Under the pieces are notes generated by a model. It had not been told where the DNA came from and searched no databases. It saw only the letters and a program-made list of their open reading frames with translations. A program made the position numbers and the translations under genes. From Chloroflexota bacterium (lineage in GTDB: Bacteria; Chloroflexota; Dehalococcoidia; Lucifugimonadales; GCA-2719675), in the NCBI GenBank assembly GCA_002719675.1, contig PBID01000016.1, positions 76,021 to 140,020 on the forward strand: 64,000 nt of DNA. Direction: 5' to 3'. This document shows, piece by piece, positions 28,963 to 39,073 of the stretch. Position 1 is the first letter of the stretch. Every line of letters starts with the position of its first letter.

Positions 28963-29781
28963 TTGGTTGTAAATGAATTGGCTTCTGTGCAAGAAGTTAT
29001 TATGTTGTATATAGGTTCTCTAAGTAAAAAAAGTAGAAATTCTGATTATTTACAGGAACTCTACAGGTTTTCACAGTGGTGTGGGCCTGATAAACAAATA
29101 GATAAGGTTTCTGCTCCTGAAATAGGCGACTATAATGAAAGCACTATTATTAGATTAGGAATTGAAAATTCTGCAAATCGATTAACAGAAGTTAAAAAAC
29201 TATTGGTTTATGCTTATAAAGAAGGATTTATCACTCAAAACCTTTCTCAGCACGTTAGGCTTAGAAGGCCTAGAAAAAATGTATCTTCAAAAAATTTCAC
29301 AAACGGTAAATCTAATTCATCTAACAAAGAGTCTTTGACTAAGCAAGGTATTGCCGAATTGAATCGTGAATTAGAATCTTTAAAAAAAGGGAGACAGCCA
29401 ATTGCAGATGAAATTAAGAGAGCTGCTGCCGATGGAGATGTCAAAGAGAATGCTCCTTTAGAATTTGCAAGACAGGAAATGGGTAAGTTAGTTGCACGGA
29501 TTGATGAAATCGAAAATATGCTAGCAAATTATGGTGTAATTGAAGCCAATGAAGATTCCGATTTTATAAATCTTGGTTCTAAAGTTGTTTTACTGGATGT
29601 TAAATCAAAGAAAAAAGTGAAATACATGGTAGTTGCAGCTCCTGAAGCGAGGCCTTTTGATGGAAGGATTTCAAATTTATCCCCCATAGGAAAAGCTGTT
29701 TACAAAAAATCGGTAGGAGAAGTTGTTGATGTTAAAACTCCTAGAGGTTTGATTAAGTACGAAATTATAAAAGTTTCTTAA
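28963..29781 (+). CDS. greA: GreA/GreB family elongation factor with an N-terminal integrase core-binding-like domain
   Basis: C-terminal 150 aa: LTKQGIAEL..AAADGDVKENA..ISNLSPIGKAV..TPRG. Extra ~120 aa at the N-terminus. Confidence 0.9.
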   Translation: MVVNELASVQEVIMLYIGSLSKKSRNSDYLQELYRFSQWCGPDKQIDKVSAPEIGDYNESTIIRLGIENSANRLTEVKKLLVYAYKEGFITQNLSQHVRLRRPRKNVSSKNFTNGKSNSSNKESLTKQGIAELNRELESLKKGRQPIADEIKRAAADGDVKENAPLEFARQEMGKLVARIDEIENMLANYGVIEANEDSDFINLGSKVVLLDVKSKKKVKYMVVAAPEARPFDGRISNLSPIGKAVYKKSVGEVVDVKTPRGLIKYEIIKVS

Positions 29782-29843
29782 TGTCCTGTTTCATTCTTTG
29801 TGAATGTAATACGTAATTTATTTTGCTTGGTTCGGTGTTTTTG

Positions 29844-32747
29844 ATGGCTACAGAACACAATCTTGAAGAAATCACAGAATTATCTCAGCATTTGGGTCGA
29901 TTAATTGATGGCGAAGTGAAATTTGATCAAGTGACTCGGATGATATATTCAACTGATGCAAGTATTTATCAGATTGAACCATTAGGAGTAGTAATACCGC
30001 GTTCTGTTGAAGATGTAATTGCAACCATTGAGACTGCAATTAATTTTAATGTTCCTGTTTTACCTAGAGGTGGAGGAACAAGTCTTGCTGGTCAGACAAT
30101 TGGTAGATCTATTGTAATTGATTTTTCTAAATATTTGAATAATGTAATTGAAATCAATCAAGAAGAAAAATGGGCTAGAGTTCAGCCAGGAATTATTTTA
30201 GATGAATTAAATCATCAAATTAGAGATTTAAACCTGTTATTTTCTCCAGATCCTAGTACAAGTAGTAGGGGGAATGTGGGTGGAGCTATAGGAAATAATT
30301 CATGTGGGGCTCATTCTATTGTATGGGGTAAAACGGTAGATAATGTTATTGAACTTAATGGAGTTTTGTCAAATGGAGACCAAGTAAAATTCACAGAATT
30401 ATCTGGTTCAGATTTCGACTTAAAAATGGATGGAAAATCTTTTGAATCAGAGATTTACAGGAAATTATCTTCTGTTATCGCTAGCAATAAAGAAGAAATA
30501 ACTAATAGGTTCCCTAAAATTCAAAGAAGAGTGTCTGGATATAATTTGGATGAATTGATTTCTCCTGGAAATCTTAATATGGCAAGATTTGTGACTGGTT
30601 CTGAGGGGACATTACTTACAATTACTGACGCAAAAGTAAATTTAGTTGAAATTCCAAAAATTAAAGCATTAGGGGTTATACATTTTGATGATATGTTCAA
30701 ATCAATGGAAGCTACTCCTTTGGTTTTAGAGTCAAAGCCTTCTGCAGTTGAAATGATTGGAGAAATGATTCTTAAACAGGCAAAATCTAATATTGTGTAT
30801 TCTAAGATGATGGACTTTATTGATGGAGAGCCACAGTCTTTGTTAGTAGTTGAATACACAGGAGATTCATTCTCAGAAATTGACTCTAAACTAAATTCTT
30901 TGGAGAATTTAATCAAGTCCAAGAGATTAGGTTATTCTGTAGTAAGATTATTGTCAAATTCTGACCAAAATAAAGTCTGGAATGTTCGTAAAGCTGGGTT
31001 GGGTTTAATGATGAATTCTCCTGGCGATGCTAAACCGATACCTTTTGTAGAAGATACAGCTGTAGATCCTCAATTATTACCCGAATTTGTTAGAAAATTT
31101 GATTTAATTGTTAAAGAAAATGGTACTACAGCAGGATATTATGGACATGCTAGTGTAGGTTGTTTACATATTAGACCGGTAATAAATTTGAAAAATCAAG
31201 TTGGTGTAGATCAAATGACTTCTATTGCAGATTCTGTTAGTGATCTTGTACTAGAATTTGGTGGGTCATTGAGTGGAGAACATGGCGATGGATTAGTTAG
31301 AAGCTCTTTTAATAAGAAGATGTTTGGTTCAAAAATTTACAACGCTTTTAATGATGTAAAATTGGCATTTGACCCGAATAATATCATGAATCCTGGAAAA
31401 ATTGTGGATTCTCAATCTATCCAAGAAAATTTGAAGATAGGACCAAATTATAAGCCTGAACATATCAAAACGAATTTCAATTTTCATAAAGAAAATGGTT
31501 TTAATTCTGCGATTGAGATGTGTAATGGCCAAGGTGCTTGCAAAAAAATTACTGGCGGTACAATGTGTCCGTCATATATGGTTACGAGAGATGAAGAACA
31601 TTCTACAAGAGGTAGAGCAAATGCATTAAGAGGTTATATATCAGGGGAATTGACTGCAGAAAATTCTATGGATAGAATTCGAGAAGTTTTGGATTTATGT
31701 TTAGAGTGTAAAGCTTGTAAATCTGAATGTCCATCAAATGTTGATATGACTAAATTGAAATATGAATTTTTACATCAATATCATCAAAATAAGAGATATT
31801 CATTACGAGATTTTATTTTTGGAAATTTTCGAAAATTTGCGCAATATGGTTCCGTTATGGCGCCAATTTCTAATTGGGTTATGCGTAATGATATATTCAG
31901 AAAAATTTTATTTAGTTTTATAGGTATTGACCATAGGAGAAAGATTCCTGCATTTGCTCAACATTCATTCACTAATTGGTATCAAAATAATAGGAATATT
32001 TTTGGGCCTCATAAGAAAAATTCAACAAAGGTAATTCTTTTTCCAGACACTTTTACTAATTATAATCACCCAGAGATTGGTATAAATACATATAAAGTTT
32101 TGGTTTCTTTAGGATATGAAGTAGTAGTCCCTGAATTAAAGTGTTGCGGCAAGCCATTATTATCTAAAGGAATGTTGCCAAAAGCAAAATCTTTAGCAAG
32201 TGAAAATATAAAGATTTTATCTCAAATAATCGATGATGATTCAGTGATTGTTGGGATCGAGCCTAGTTGTTTGTTGACAATTTTTGATGATTATCCAGAT
32301 TTGTTAAATCAAGATTTAGAAATCAAAAATATTATAAATAAAGTGATGTTGGTAGGAGATTTGATAGTCAGAGATTTTTCTAAAGGATTGCCAGATAAAT
32401 TGTTTAAAGCTGTGGACAGTAAAGTTTTATTTCATGGTCATTGTCATCAAAAATCATTGTTTGGTACTAGTAAAATTAATCAATTGTTAAATTTATTACC
32501 TTCTATCGTTGTTGAAGAGATTCAATCAGGTTGTTGTGGAATGGCTGGGACATTTGGGTTTGAATCCGAGCATTATGAAATTTCCATAAAAATGGCTAAG
32601 AAAAATTTGGTAGATAAGATTAAGAGTCAATCGGGAGATTTTTTACTAGTTAGTGACGGAATATCTTGTAGACAACAAATCGATCATACACTTGGAATCA
32701 AATCATTGCACGCTATGGATCTTTTTGCTTCTTTGTTAATTGATTAA
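29844..32747 (+). CDS. FAD-linked oxidase / Fe-S (GlcD+GlcF-type fusion, YdiJ-like) oxidoreductase
   Basis: RGGGTSLAGQ, NNSCGAHS, GSEGTL, GHAS.GCLH, GEHGDG, CNGQGAC, CLECKACKSECP, HGHCHQ, CCGMAG. Confidence 0.92.
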   Translation: MATEHNLEEITELSQHLGRLIDGEVKFDQVTRMIYSTDASIYQIEPLGVVIPRSVEDVIATIETAINFNVPVLPRGGGTSLAGQTIGRSIVIDFSKYLNNVIEINQEEKWARVQPGIILDELNHQIRDLNLLFSPDPSTSSRGNVGGAIGNNSCGAHSIVWGKTVDNVIELNGVLSNGDQVKFTELSGSDFDLKMDGKSFESEIYRKLSSVIASNKEEITNRFPKIQRRVSGYNLDELISPGNLNMARFVTGSEGTLLTITDAKVNLVEIPKIKALGVIHFDDMFKSMEATPLVLESKPSAVEMIGEMILKQAKSNIVYSKMMDFIDGEPQSLLVVEYTGDSFSEIDSKLNSLENLIKSKRLGYSVVRLLSNSDQNKVWNVRKAGLGLMMNSPGDAKPIPFVEDTAVDPQLLPEFVRKFDLIVKENGTTAGYYGHASVGCLHIRPVINLKNQVGVDQMTSIADSVSDLVLEFGGSLSGEHGDGLVRSSFNKKMFGSKIYNAFNDVKLAFDPNNIMNPGKIVDSQSIQENLKIGPNYKPEHIKTNFNFHKENGFNSAIEMCNGQGACKKITGGTMCPSYMVTRDEEHSTRGRANALRGYISGELTAENSMDRIREVLDLCLECKACKSECPSNVDMTKLKYEFLHQYHQNKRYSLRDFIFGNFRKFAQYGSVMAPISNWVMRNDIFRKILFSFIGIDHRRKIPAFAQHSFTNWYQNNRNIFGPHKKNSTKVILFPDTFTNYNHPEIGINTYKVLVSLGYEVVVPELKCCGKPLLSKGMLPKAKSLASENIKILSQIIDDDSVIVGIEPSCLLTIFDDYPDLLNQDLEIKNIINKVMLVGDLIVRDFSKGLPDKLFKAVDSKVLFHGHCHQKSLFGTSKINQLLNLLPSIVVEEIQSGCCGMAGTFGFESEHYEISIKMAKKNLVDKIKSQSGDFLLVSDGISCRQQIDHTLGIKSLHAMDLFASLLID

Positions 32748-33814
32748 CTGCTACTTAAGTCTAAAAGTTTTGTTTGCTGGAGCGAAACTTTTCCAAATTT
32801 GTCAGGGTATGTGTGGAAAAAACATAATATCTCATTTTTATTAATTTTTATCATATCTGGATACCCGCACAATGATCCTGGTTCGTGTGCAACATTGTCA
32901 TCATCTGGCTCATATAGTTGTCCTATTTTGTCCCATGATTTTCCGTTGTTTTTGGATTGGCTTATCGAAATTCCCTTAGGGTTAAGATTTTCATTTCTAT
33001 ATGTACATATAATTGCACCAGAAGAAAGTTGAAGAAGTTTTATATTAGCTCCTTGAAATCCAGTTTTTTTAGTTTTGGACCAAGTTTTTCCTCCATCAAT
33101 TGAATATGAAGAAACTGAGTTTTTTGTAATATGTTCTCGTATTACAGATAAATAATGTGATTTTGATAATTGTAGAATATCAATATCACTGAAATTTCTA
33201 TTTTCTTCTTCAGCAATAATTATTGGAGTTTCAAAAGACTTATGAGGATATGAACTAAATGTGATTCCAGCATGCCAACCTTCATCTCTACCTTTAGTCC
33301 CCATACATGCCCACATCAATTTGTTTGTGGAAGTTAAATGGGGATTACTAGTTCCATATAATTCAGTCCAGAATGGAAAAATTTTAATTTCACTTGTTTC
33401 TTCAGACCATGTTTTTCCCTGGTCGAAAGAATGCTTTGAAGTAGTATAAAAGCCACTGAAAGGCTCATCACCTCCTAAAGAATGGTCAATTTTTATTCGT
33501 CCAATAATCATTACTAAATGATCATCAGATATATGTGCTAGGCCACCCATAGAAATACAATCCCATCCAACAAAATTCATTACAGGCTTTGGAGTTGACC
33601 AGGATTTTCCAAAATTTTCAGATTCAGAAATCACTACAGTACTATTTTCAGAATCTATTGGTAGAAATTTACAGCTGAAAAGTAAAATTAATTTTCCGCT
33701 ATCAAGTTTTATAATACTTGGAGATTTTGGGCTTTCAAAATCTGAGGATTGGAATAAATTTTTTGATTCGACAAATTTTAACTTGGAATTCTTTAAAAAA
33801 CTTGGATTCTTCAT
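32744..33814 (-). CDS. Sialidase-like (BNR/Asp-box) beta-propeller protein
   Basis: Asp boxes SENFGKSW, SFDQGKTW, SIDGGKTW, SKNNGKSW; C-terminal GYP. Confidence 0.82.
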   Translation of the reverse strand: MKNPSFLKNSKLKFVESKNLFQSSDFESPKSPSIIKLDSGKLILLFSCKFLPIDSENSTVVISESENFGKSWSTPKPVMNFVGWDCISMGGLAHISDDHLVMIIGRIKIDHSLGGDEPFSGFYTTSKHSFDQGKTWSEETSEIKIFPFWTELYGTSNPHLTSTNKLMWACMGTKGRDEGWHAGITFSSYPHKSFETPIIIAEEENRNFSDIDILQLSKSHYLSVIREHITKNSVSSYSIDGGKTWSKTKKTGFQGANIKLLQLSSGAIICTYRNENLNPKGISISQSKNNGKSWDKIGQLYEPDDDNVAHEPGSLCGYPDMIKINKNEILCFFHTYPDKFGKVSLQQTKLLDLSSS

Positions 33815-35517
33815 AGTTGGATTTTCATTTTGATTTTTTCAATAGCAGTTTCAAAAGAGACTAATTCTTGTTTCCCTGATTTTCTTTCTTGAATTTCAAC
33901 TTGTTGATTTTTTAAATTTCTTTCACTTAAGACAATTCTAAATGGTAATCCTAGAAGATCTGAATCTTTGAATTTAACACCAGGTGATTCATCTCTGTCA
34001 TCGTATAAAATATCTAAACCACAATCCATTAGATTTGAGTAAAATTCCTCTCCAATTTTTCGGATATTTTCTTGCTTGGTATTTATCACAGAAAGCATTG
34101 CATCAAAAGGAGCTATAGATTTAGGAAAAATTATTCCTTTTTGATCATTATTTTGTTCTATTACAGCCGAGAGCAATCTTCCTATACCAATTCCATAGCA
34201 TCCCATAATTATGGGAATTTGTTTGTTTTCAGAATTAATATACATTGCCCCTAATTTTTCGGAATATTTTGTTCCTAATTTAAATACATGCCCAACCTCG
34301 ATGCCTTTTTTTAGGTCAAGTTTATTATTGCATTTTACACATAAATCTTGAGGTTTAGCTAGAGCTATGTCACTAACAATATCTGAAGAAAAATCTCTTG
34401 GATAATTGGAATTTTTATAATGGAAGTTTTCTTTATTGGAACCTATTATATAGTTGTTTCCAAAATTTAGTGAAGTATCTACAATAATTTTTATATTTTT
34501 CAGCTGAATTGGAGAAGCAAATCCGTATGGGATATTTAGATTAGATAGTTCTTCGGATGTAGCTAATCTTAAATCTTTGCCATCATTTAGATTACTTAAT
34601 TTTGTTTCGTTGACATCTAAATCACCACGAATAATTGCAGCTAGGGGCTGGTTGTTAGAATCTAAATATATTAATGTTTTGATCATTTTGTCGGGATCTA
34701 AAGATAAATTTTTTGTCAATGATTCAATTGTTTTAATTTCTGGAGTATGAATTTCTTCTAACGGCAGAATTTTTTCTGATATTGTTTTTTGTTTTATTCG
34801 AACGAATTCTGCTTTTTCAGAGTTGGCAGCATAATCACATTTTGAACATTTCAATATCGTATCTTCGCCTATACTAGAAACAGCCATAAATTCATGAGAT
34901 GCTTGCCCACCTATGGCACCACTGTCGGCTTCTACTTTGATGGTTTCAAGTCCTATTCTATTGTAGATATTTTCATATGCAGCAATCATTGCATTGTAGT
35001 TTTGATCTAGACCTTCATTAGAAATATCAAAAGAATAAGCATCTTTCATGTCAAATTCTCGTACTCTAATTAGTCCTCCTCTAGGTCGTGTTTCATCTCG
35101 GAATTTTGTTTGTATCTGGTATATTAAAAGAGGTAGATCTTTATATGTATTAACATGGGTTTTTACCATAAGAGTTAATACTTCTTCATGAGTGGGGGCC
35201 ATAACTAATTTTCTTTTTCTTCGATCTGAAAGTTTAAATAAGTCTGATCCAAATATTTCTGTTCTACCACTAAGATCCCAGATTTCTTGAGGTTGCAGGA
35301 CTGGCATTCTAATCTCTTGTCCACCAGCTTTGTCAATTTCATTACGAACTATATTTTCAATTTTTTTTAGTGATCTCCAAGCAATAGGCATATAACTATA
35401 TATTCCTGAAGCAACTTGGTGAATCAGGCCTGATTTAATTAATAATTGATGACTAATTAATTCTGCGTCACCGGATGTTTCTTTTTGAGTTTTTCCGAAA
35501 TTTTTACTAAGTTTCAT
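33811..35517 (-). CDS. proS: Proline--tRNA ligase (long form with editing insertion)
   Basis: PTHEE, KFRDETRPRGGLIRVREF, GIEVGHVFKLG, MGCYGIGIGR. Confidence 0.97.
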   Translation of the reverse strand: MKLSKNFGKTQKETSGDAELISHQLLIKSGLIHQVASGIYSYMPIAWRSLKKIENIVRNEIDKAGGQEIRMPVLQPQEIWDLSGRTEIFGSDLFKLSDRRKRKLVMAPTHEEVLTLMVKTHVNTYKDLPLLIYQIQTKFRDETRPRGGLIRVREFDMKDAYSFDISNEGLDQNYNAMIAAYENIYNRIGLETIKVEADSGAIGGQASHEFMAVSSIGEDTILKCSKCDYAANSEKAEFVRIKQKTISEKILPLEEIHTPEIKTIESLTKNLSLDPDKMIKTLIYLDSNNQPLAAIIRGDLDVNETKLSNLNDGKDLRLATSEELSNLNIPYGFASPIQLKNIKIIVDTSLNFGNNYIIGSNKENFHYKNSNYPRDFSSDIVSDIALAKPQDLCVKCNNKLDLKKGIEVGHVFKLGTKYSEKLGAMYINSENKQIPIIMGCYGIGIGRLLSAVIEQNNDQKGIIFPKSIAPFDAMLSVINTKQENIRKIGEEFYSNLMDCGLDILYDDRDESPGVKFKDSDLLGLPFRIVLSERNLKNQQVEIQERKSGKQELVSFETAIEKIKMKIQL

Positions 35518-35532
35518 TTTGTGTTTTGGGAT

Positions 35533-36693
35533 TTAAGAAATTTTTTGCATTTCTTTTTCAACAGATTTGATTTCTTGTATTAATGATGTAAGCATTTCAT
35601 CTTCGTTAACGATTTTTGATTTTTTACCTTTTCTAAATATAATTGCTTTTCCTGCGCCTGCGGCAATTCCTACATCAGCATCTTTAGCTTCGCCTGGGCC
35701 GTTAACTTCACATCCCATCACAGCGACCTTAACAGGAGTTTTAATTTCTTTTAGCATATTTTCGACTGATTTTGCAAGCGAGACAACGTCTACATCAGCC
35801 CTGCCACAGCTAGGGCAAGCTACTAGTACGGGAGAATTTTTTCTTAATTCAAGTGATTTTAATATTTCGAATCCTGTAGAAATCTCTTCTGTAGGATCAT
35901 CGCTTAAGGAGACACGAATAGTATCTCCTATTCCTTCATATAATAGAATACCTAATCCGATAGAACTTCTAATTGATCCTGATTTTAATGTTCCAGATTC
36001 AGTGATTCCTAAATGAAAAGGATAAGGCACAAGTCGTGACATTCTTTTGTAAGCTTCAACAGTTGTAGAAATATCAAATGATTTTAGAGAGATTTTGATT
36101 GAATCAAAACCTAAGTTCTCTAATATTTCTATTTCCCATAAAGCTGTATTAATCATATGATCTACAGCTGAATATTCACCTTTAGCTTCAGAAGAAGATT
36201 TTGGCAATTTGTTCACGCCGTCTTTATGTCTAGAAGTACCTCTACTTAAGCCTATGGAACCCACAGGAGGTAAACTTCCAAAATTCACTCCTATTCTAAT
36301 TGGAATTTGTCTAGCTTTTGCTTCTTTAACAATTAATTTAACTTTACTAGAGTCTCGTATATTTCCAGGATTTAATCTTAAACAATCAATACCATTTTCA
36401 ATTGATTTAAGGGCTAATTCATGATGGAAATGGATGTCAGCTACTAAAGGAATATTGATTTGTTTTTTGATTTCTGAGATGGCTTCTGCAGATTCAATAT
36501 CTGGAATCGCACATCTTACAATTTCGCAACCTGATTTTTGTAAGTCTTTAATTTGATTTACAGTTGCTGTAATGTTTTTTGTGTCAGTTTTTGTCATAGA
36601 TTGAACAGAAATAGGAGCATCCCCTCCAATTTTGACATCTCCGACAAAAACAGGTTTTGTGATTCGTCTTGGTTTCAATTTTTCTCTCTTCAA
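35533..36693 (-). CDS. ispG: (E)-4-hydroxy-3-methylbut-2-enyl-diphosphate synthase
   Basis: VQSMT, VADIHF, RLNPGN, GDTIRVSL, CPSCGR, MGCEVNGPGEA. Confidence 0.97.
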   Translation of the reverse strand: MKREKLKPRRITKPVFVGDVKIGGDAPISVQSMTKTDTKNITATVNQIKDLQKSGCEIVRCAIPDIESAEAISEIKKQINIPLVADIHFHHELALKSIENGIDCLRLNPGNIRDSSKVKLIVKEAKARQIPIRIGVNFGSLPPVGSIGLSRGTSRHKDGVNKLPKSSSEAKGEYSAVDHMINTALWEIEILENLGFDSIKISLKSFDISTTVEAYKRMSRLVPYPFHLGITESGTLKSGSIRSSIGLGILLYEGIGDTIRVSLSDDPTEEISTGFEILKSLELRKNSPVLVACPSCGRADVDVVSLAKSVENMLKEIKTPVKVAVMGCEVNGPGEAKDADVGIAAGAGKAIIFRKGKKSKIVNEDEMLTSLIQEIKSVEKEMQKIS

Positions 36694-36744
36694 AAAAATT
36701 ATAGATCCAGCATCAATTAAGCAATTATCTCATTTATATTTCAA

Positions 36745-37926
36745 TCAGAAAATTTTTTCACCACTTATAATTCTTGCTATATCTAAGTAACTCAATACTA
36801 ATATTAAACTAATTAATCCAAGAAATCCTAGAATATGAATCAGGTTTTCTTTTTGGGAAGATAATTTTTTACCTTTTCTCAGTAATTCTATTATAACAAA
36901 AAGAAGTCTACCTCCATCTAATGAGGGAATGGGAAGTAAATTTAAGATTCCAAGGCTAATGCTTAAAAAGCCTACAAAGTTGAGTAGAGGTGTTATACCA
37001 AAAGAGGCTATTTGACCAGTTGCTTGGGCTATACCAATTGGGCCAGTGAAATTTGCTTCTGAAGTACTATTTTTCCATCCTAAAATAGACATTGAAAAAA
37101 TATTTTTAAATTGTTGGAATCCTTTGGAAAATGCTTTTTGTGGAGGGTCGTTTGTTTTTATTTGTTTTGGATTTGATAATCCTATAGTAATTCCAATTGG
37201 CCCTTCTTGTATGCGGTCTCCTAAGTTGATGTTTGCATTAATTTTTTGTGCTTTAATTAATGAAATTTCTTTTAATGGATCTACTACATCTTGAACTACA
37301 ATGCGCTTTGGAGGATTTTCTCTAGGAATTAATTTTATTTGTTCAATTGTTGAAGTTTCTGGAGAAGATTTAATTCCAGATAAATTAGATGATTTTCTGA
37401 CATTTAATGTTATAGTTTTGCCTAAATTATTATTGGTAGATTGGACAAGATGAGTATGATTAAGCAATTTTTTTTGATTTACTGAAACAATTATATCTCC
37501 AGTTTTTAAGCCTGAAGAATCGGCTGGAGAATTAGGAGAGACCTCTACGATTGTTACCGCACCATAGATTTGATTGTGAGGAAATAAAAACATTGTTGAA
37601 AAAAGTATTATTGGGAAAAGTAAATTGATTATTGCGCCTGAAGATAAAATTATGATTCTTTTGTAAATTTTTTGTTGGGAGAAATCGTTGGGTTTTTTTT
37701 CATTTGGGTCGTCTGATAATTTTACAAACCCTCCTATAGGAATTGCATTAATTGAATACAATGTTCCTCTATATTTAAATCCTATTATTTTGGGAGGATA
37801 TCCAATCCCAAATTCATCTACTTTTACTCCGAAATATTTTGCAGTTAAAAAATGACCTAATTCATGAATTACTATCAAGAAAGTTAGAATTGGTATTATT
37901 AATATCCAATTGGGTAGGAGAAGCAT
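36745..37926 (-). CDS. rseP: RIP metalloprotease RseP (M50, PDZ)
   Basis: HELGH, PDZ segment, NLLPIPSLDGG; lies between dxr and ispG. Confidence 0.93.
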   Translation of the reverse strand: MLLLPNWILIIPILTFLIVIHELGHFLTAKYFGVKVDEFGIGYPPKIIGFKYRGTLYSINAIPIGGFVKLSDDPNEKKPNDFSQQKIYKRIIILSSGAIINLLFPIILFSTMFLFPHNQIYGAVTIVEVSPNSPADSSGLKTGDIIVSVNQKKLLNHTHLVQSTNNNLGKTITLNVRKSSNLSGIKSSPETSTIEQIKLIPRENPPKRIVVQDVVDPLKEISLIKAQKINANINLGDRIQEGPIGITIGLSNPKQIKTNDPPQKAFSKGFQQFKNIFSMSILGWKNSTSEANFTGPIGIAQATGQIASFGITPLLNFVGFLSISLGILNLLPIPSLDGGRLLFVIIELLRKGKKLSSQKENLIHILGFLGLISLILVLSYLDIARIISGEKIF

Positions 37927-37927
37927 T

Positions 37928-39073
37928 TTAAAGTTCCTTTGCCAATTGATATCCCTCTTCTTTTGCCCAATTATAAGAGTCTATTATTTGGTGAATATTT
38001 GGATTATCTTTTGGTTTATGGGTAGAAAGAGTTTTTTCAATTAAGGTGTATATTTGATTGAATTTTATTTTGTTTTTAAGAAATAATTCTACAGCTGTTT
38101 CATCAATTCCACATAATGCTGCAGGCCAAGTTTCATTTAATTTGAGAAATTCTAAAGCGAGGTCAAAACAAGGATATTTTTGTTGTTCAATTTTTATAAA
38201 GTTTAATTGGTTAATTTTTGTAAGGTCTAGCCTTGTTAATTTTGGATTGATCTGTCTTTTTTGTTCAAACAATGCATATTGAATTGGCAATCTCATATCT
38301 GGGTGACTAAGCTGAGCTTTTATTGATCCATCGTCAAATTCAACCATAGAATGGATAATGCTTTCAGGGTGCATCACAACATCGATTTGTTCCCATCCAA
38401 TGTTGAAAAGCCAATGAGACTCTGCTACCTCAAGAGCTTTGTTAATCATTGTAGAGGAATCAATAGTTATCTTGCCTCCCATTTTCCAATTTGGATGATT
38501 TAAAACTTGTTCAGGAGTTAAGTTAGAATAATTATTAGTTTTTTCGTTTCTTACTGCACCACCTGATGCTGTTAAAATCAATTTATTCACTCCGGAATCT
38601 TCACCTTTTATACATTGCCAAATTGCATTTGGTTCACTATCAAGAGGGTAAATATTGACATCATTTTTTTTAGCTAATTGAGAAATCAATTTTCCTGCAA
38701 TGACAATTGATTCTTTATTTGCAAGACCAATATTTTTTTTTGAATTGATAGCTTCAATAATTGGTTTTAAGCTAGAACAACCATTAGTAGCAGCGATCAC
38801 AATGTCTACATCTGGGTCTTTAACCATATCTTCCATTAATATATTCGAGTATGAAAAATGCTTCAAAAAATGCTTGTTTGGTGAACTAGGGTTGAATGAA
38901 ATTGATTTCGGAGAAAATTCTTCAATTTGATTTTTGAGACAAGCAATATTATTATTTGCAGCTAGTCCTATAACTTTGAAATTATTTGGGAATGATCTAA
39001 CTATATCAAGGGTTTGTGTACCAATAGAACCGGTTGACCCAAGAATAGCTAAACCTTTTTTTTTGATTACCAT
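37928..39073 (-). CDS. dxr: 1-deoxy-D-xylulose-5-phosphate reductoisomerase
   Basis: LGSTGSIG, LANKES, PLDSE, LTASGG, HPNWKMGGKITIDS, DMRLPI. Confidence 0.97.
   Translation of the reverse strand: MVIKKKGLAILGSTGSIGTQTLDIVRSFPNNFKVIGLAANNNIACLKNQIEEFSPKSISFNPSSPNKHFLKHFSYSNILMEDMVKDPDVDIVIAATNGCSSLKPIIEAINSKKNIGLANKESIVIAGKLISQLAKKNDVNIYPLDSEPNAIWQCIKGEDSGVNKLILTASGGAVRNEKTNNYSNLTPEQVLNHPNWKMGGKITIDSSTMINKALEVAESHWLFNIGWEQIDVVMHPESIIHSMVEFDDGSIKAQLSHPDMRLPIQYALFEQKRQINPKLTRLDLTKINQLNFIKIEQQKYPCFDLALEFLKLNETWPAALCGIDETAVELFLKNKIKFNQIYTLIEKTLSTHKPKDNPNIHQIIDSYNWAKEEGYQLAKEL

Noticed and set aside
28963-29290. Integrase-like sequence as evidence of a prophage or integrated element
   Set aside because: There is no catalytic domain, att repeat or phage gene, and it is in frame with GreA.
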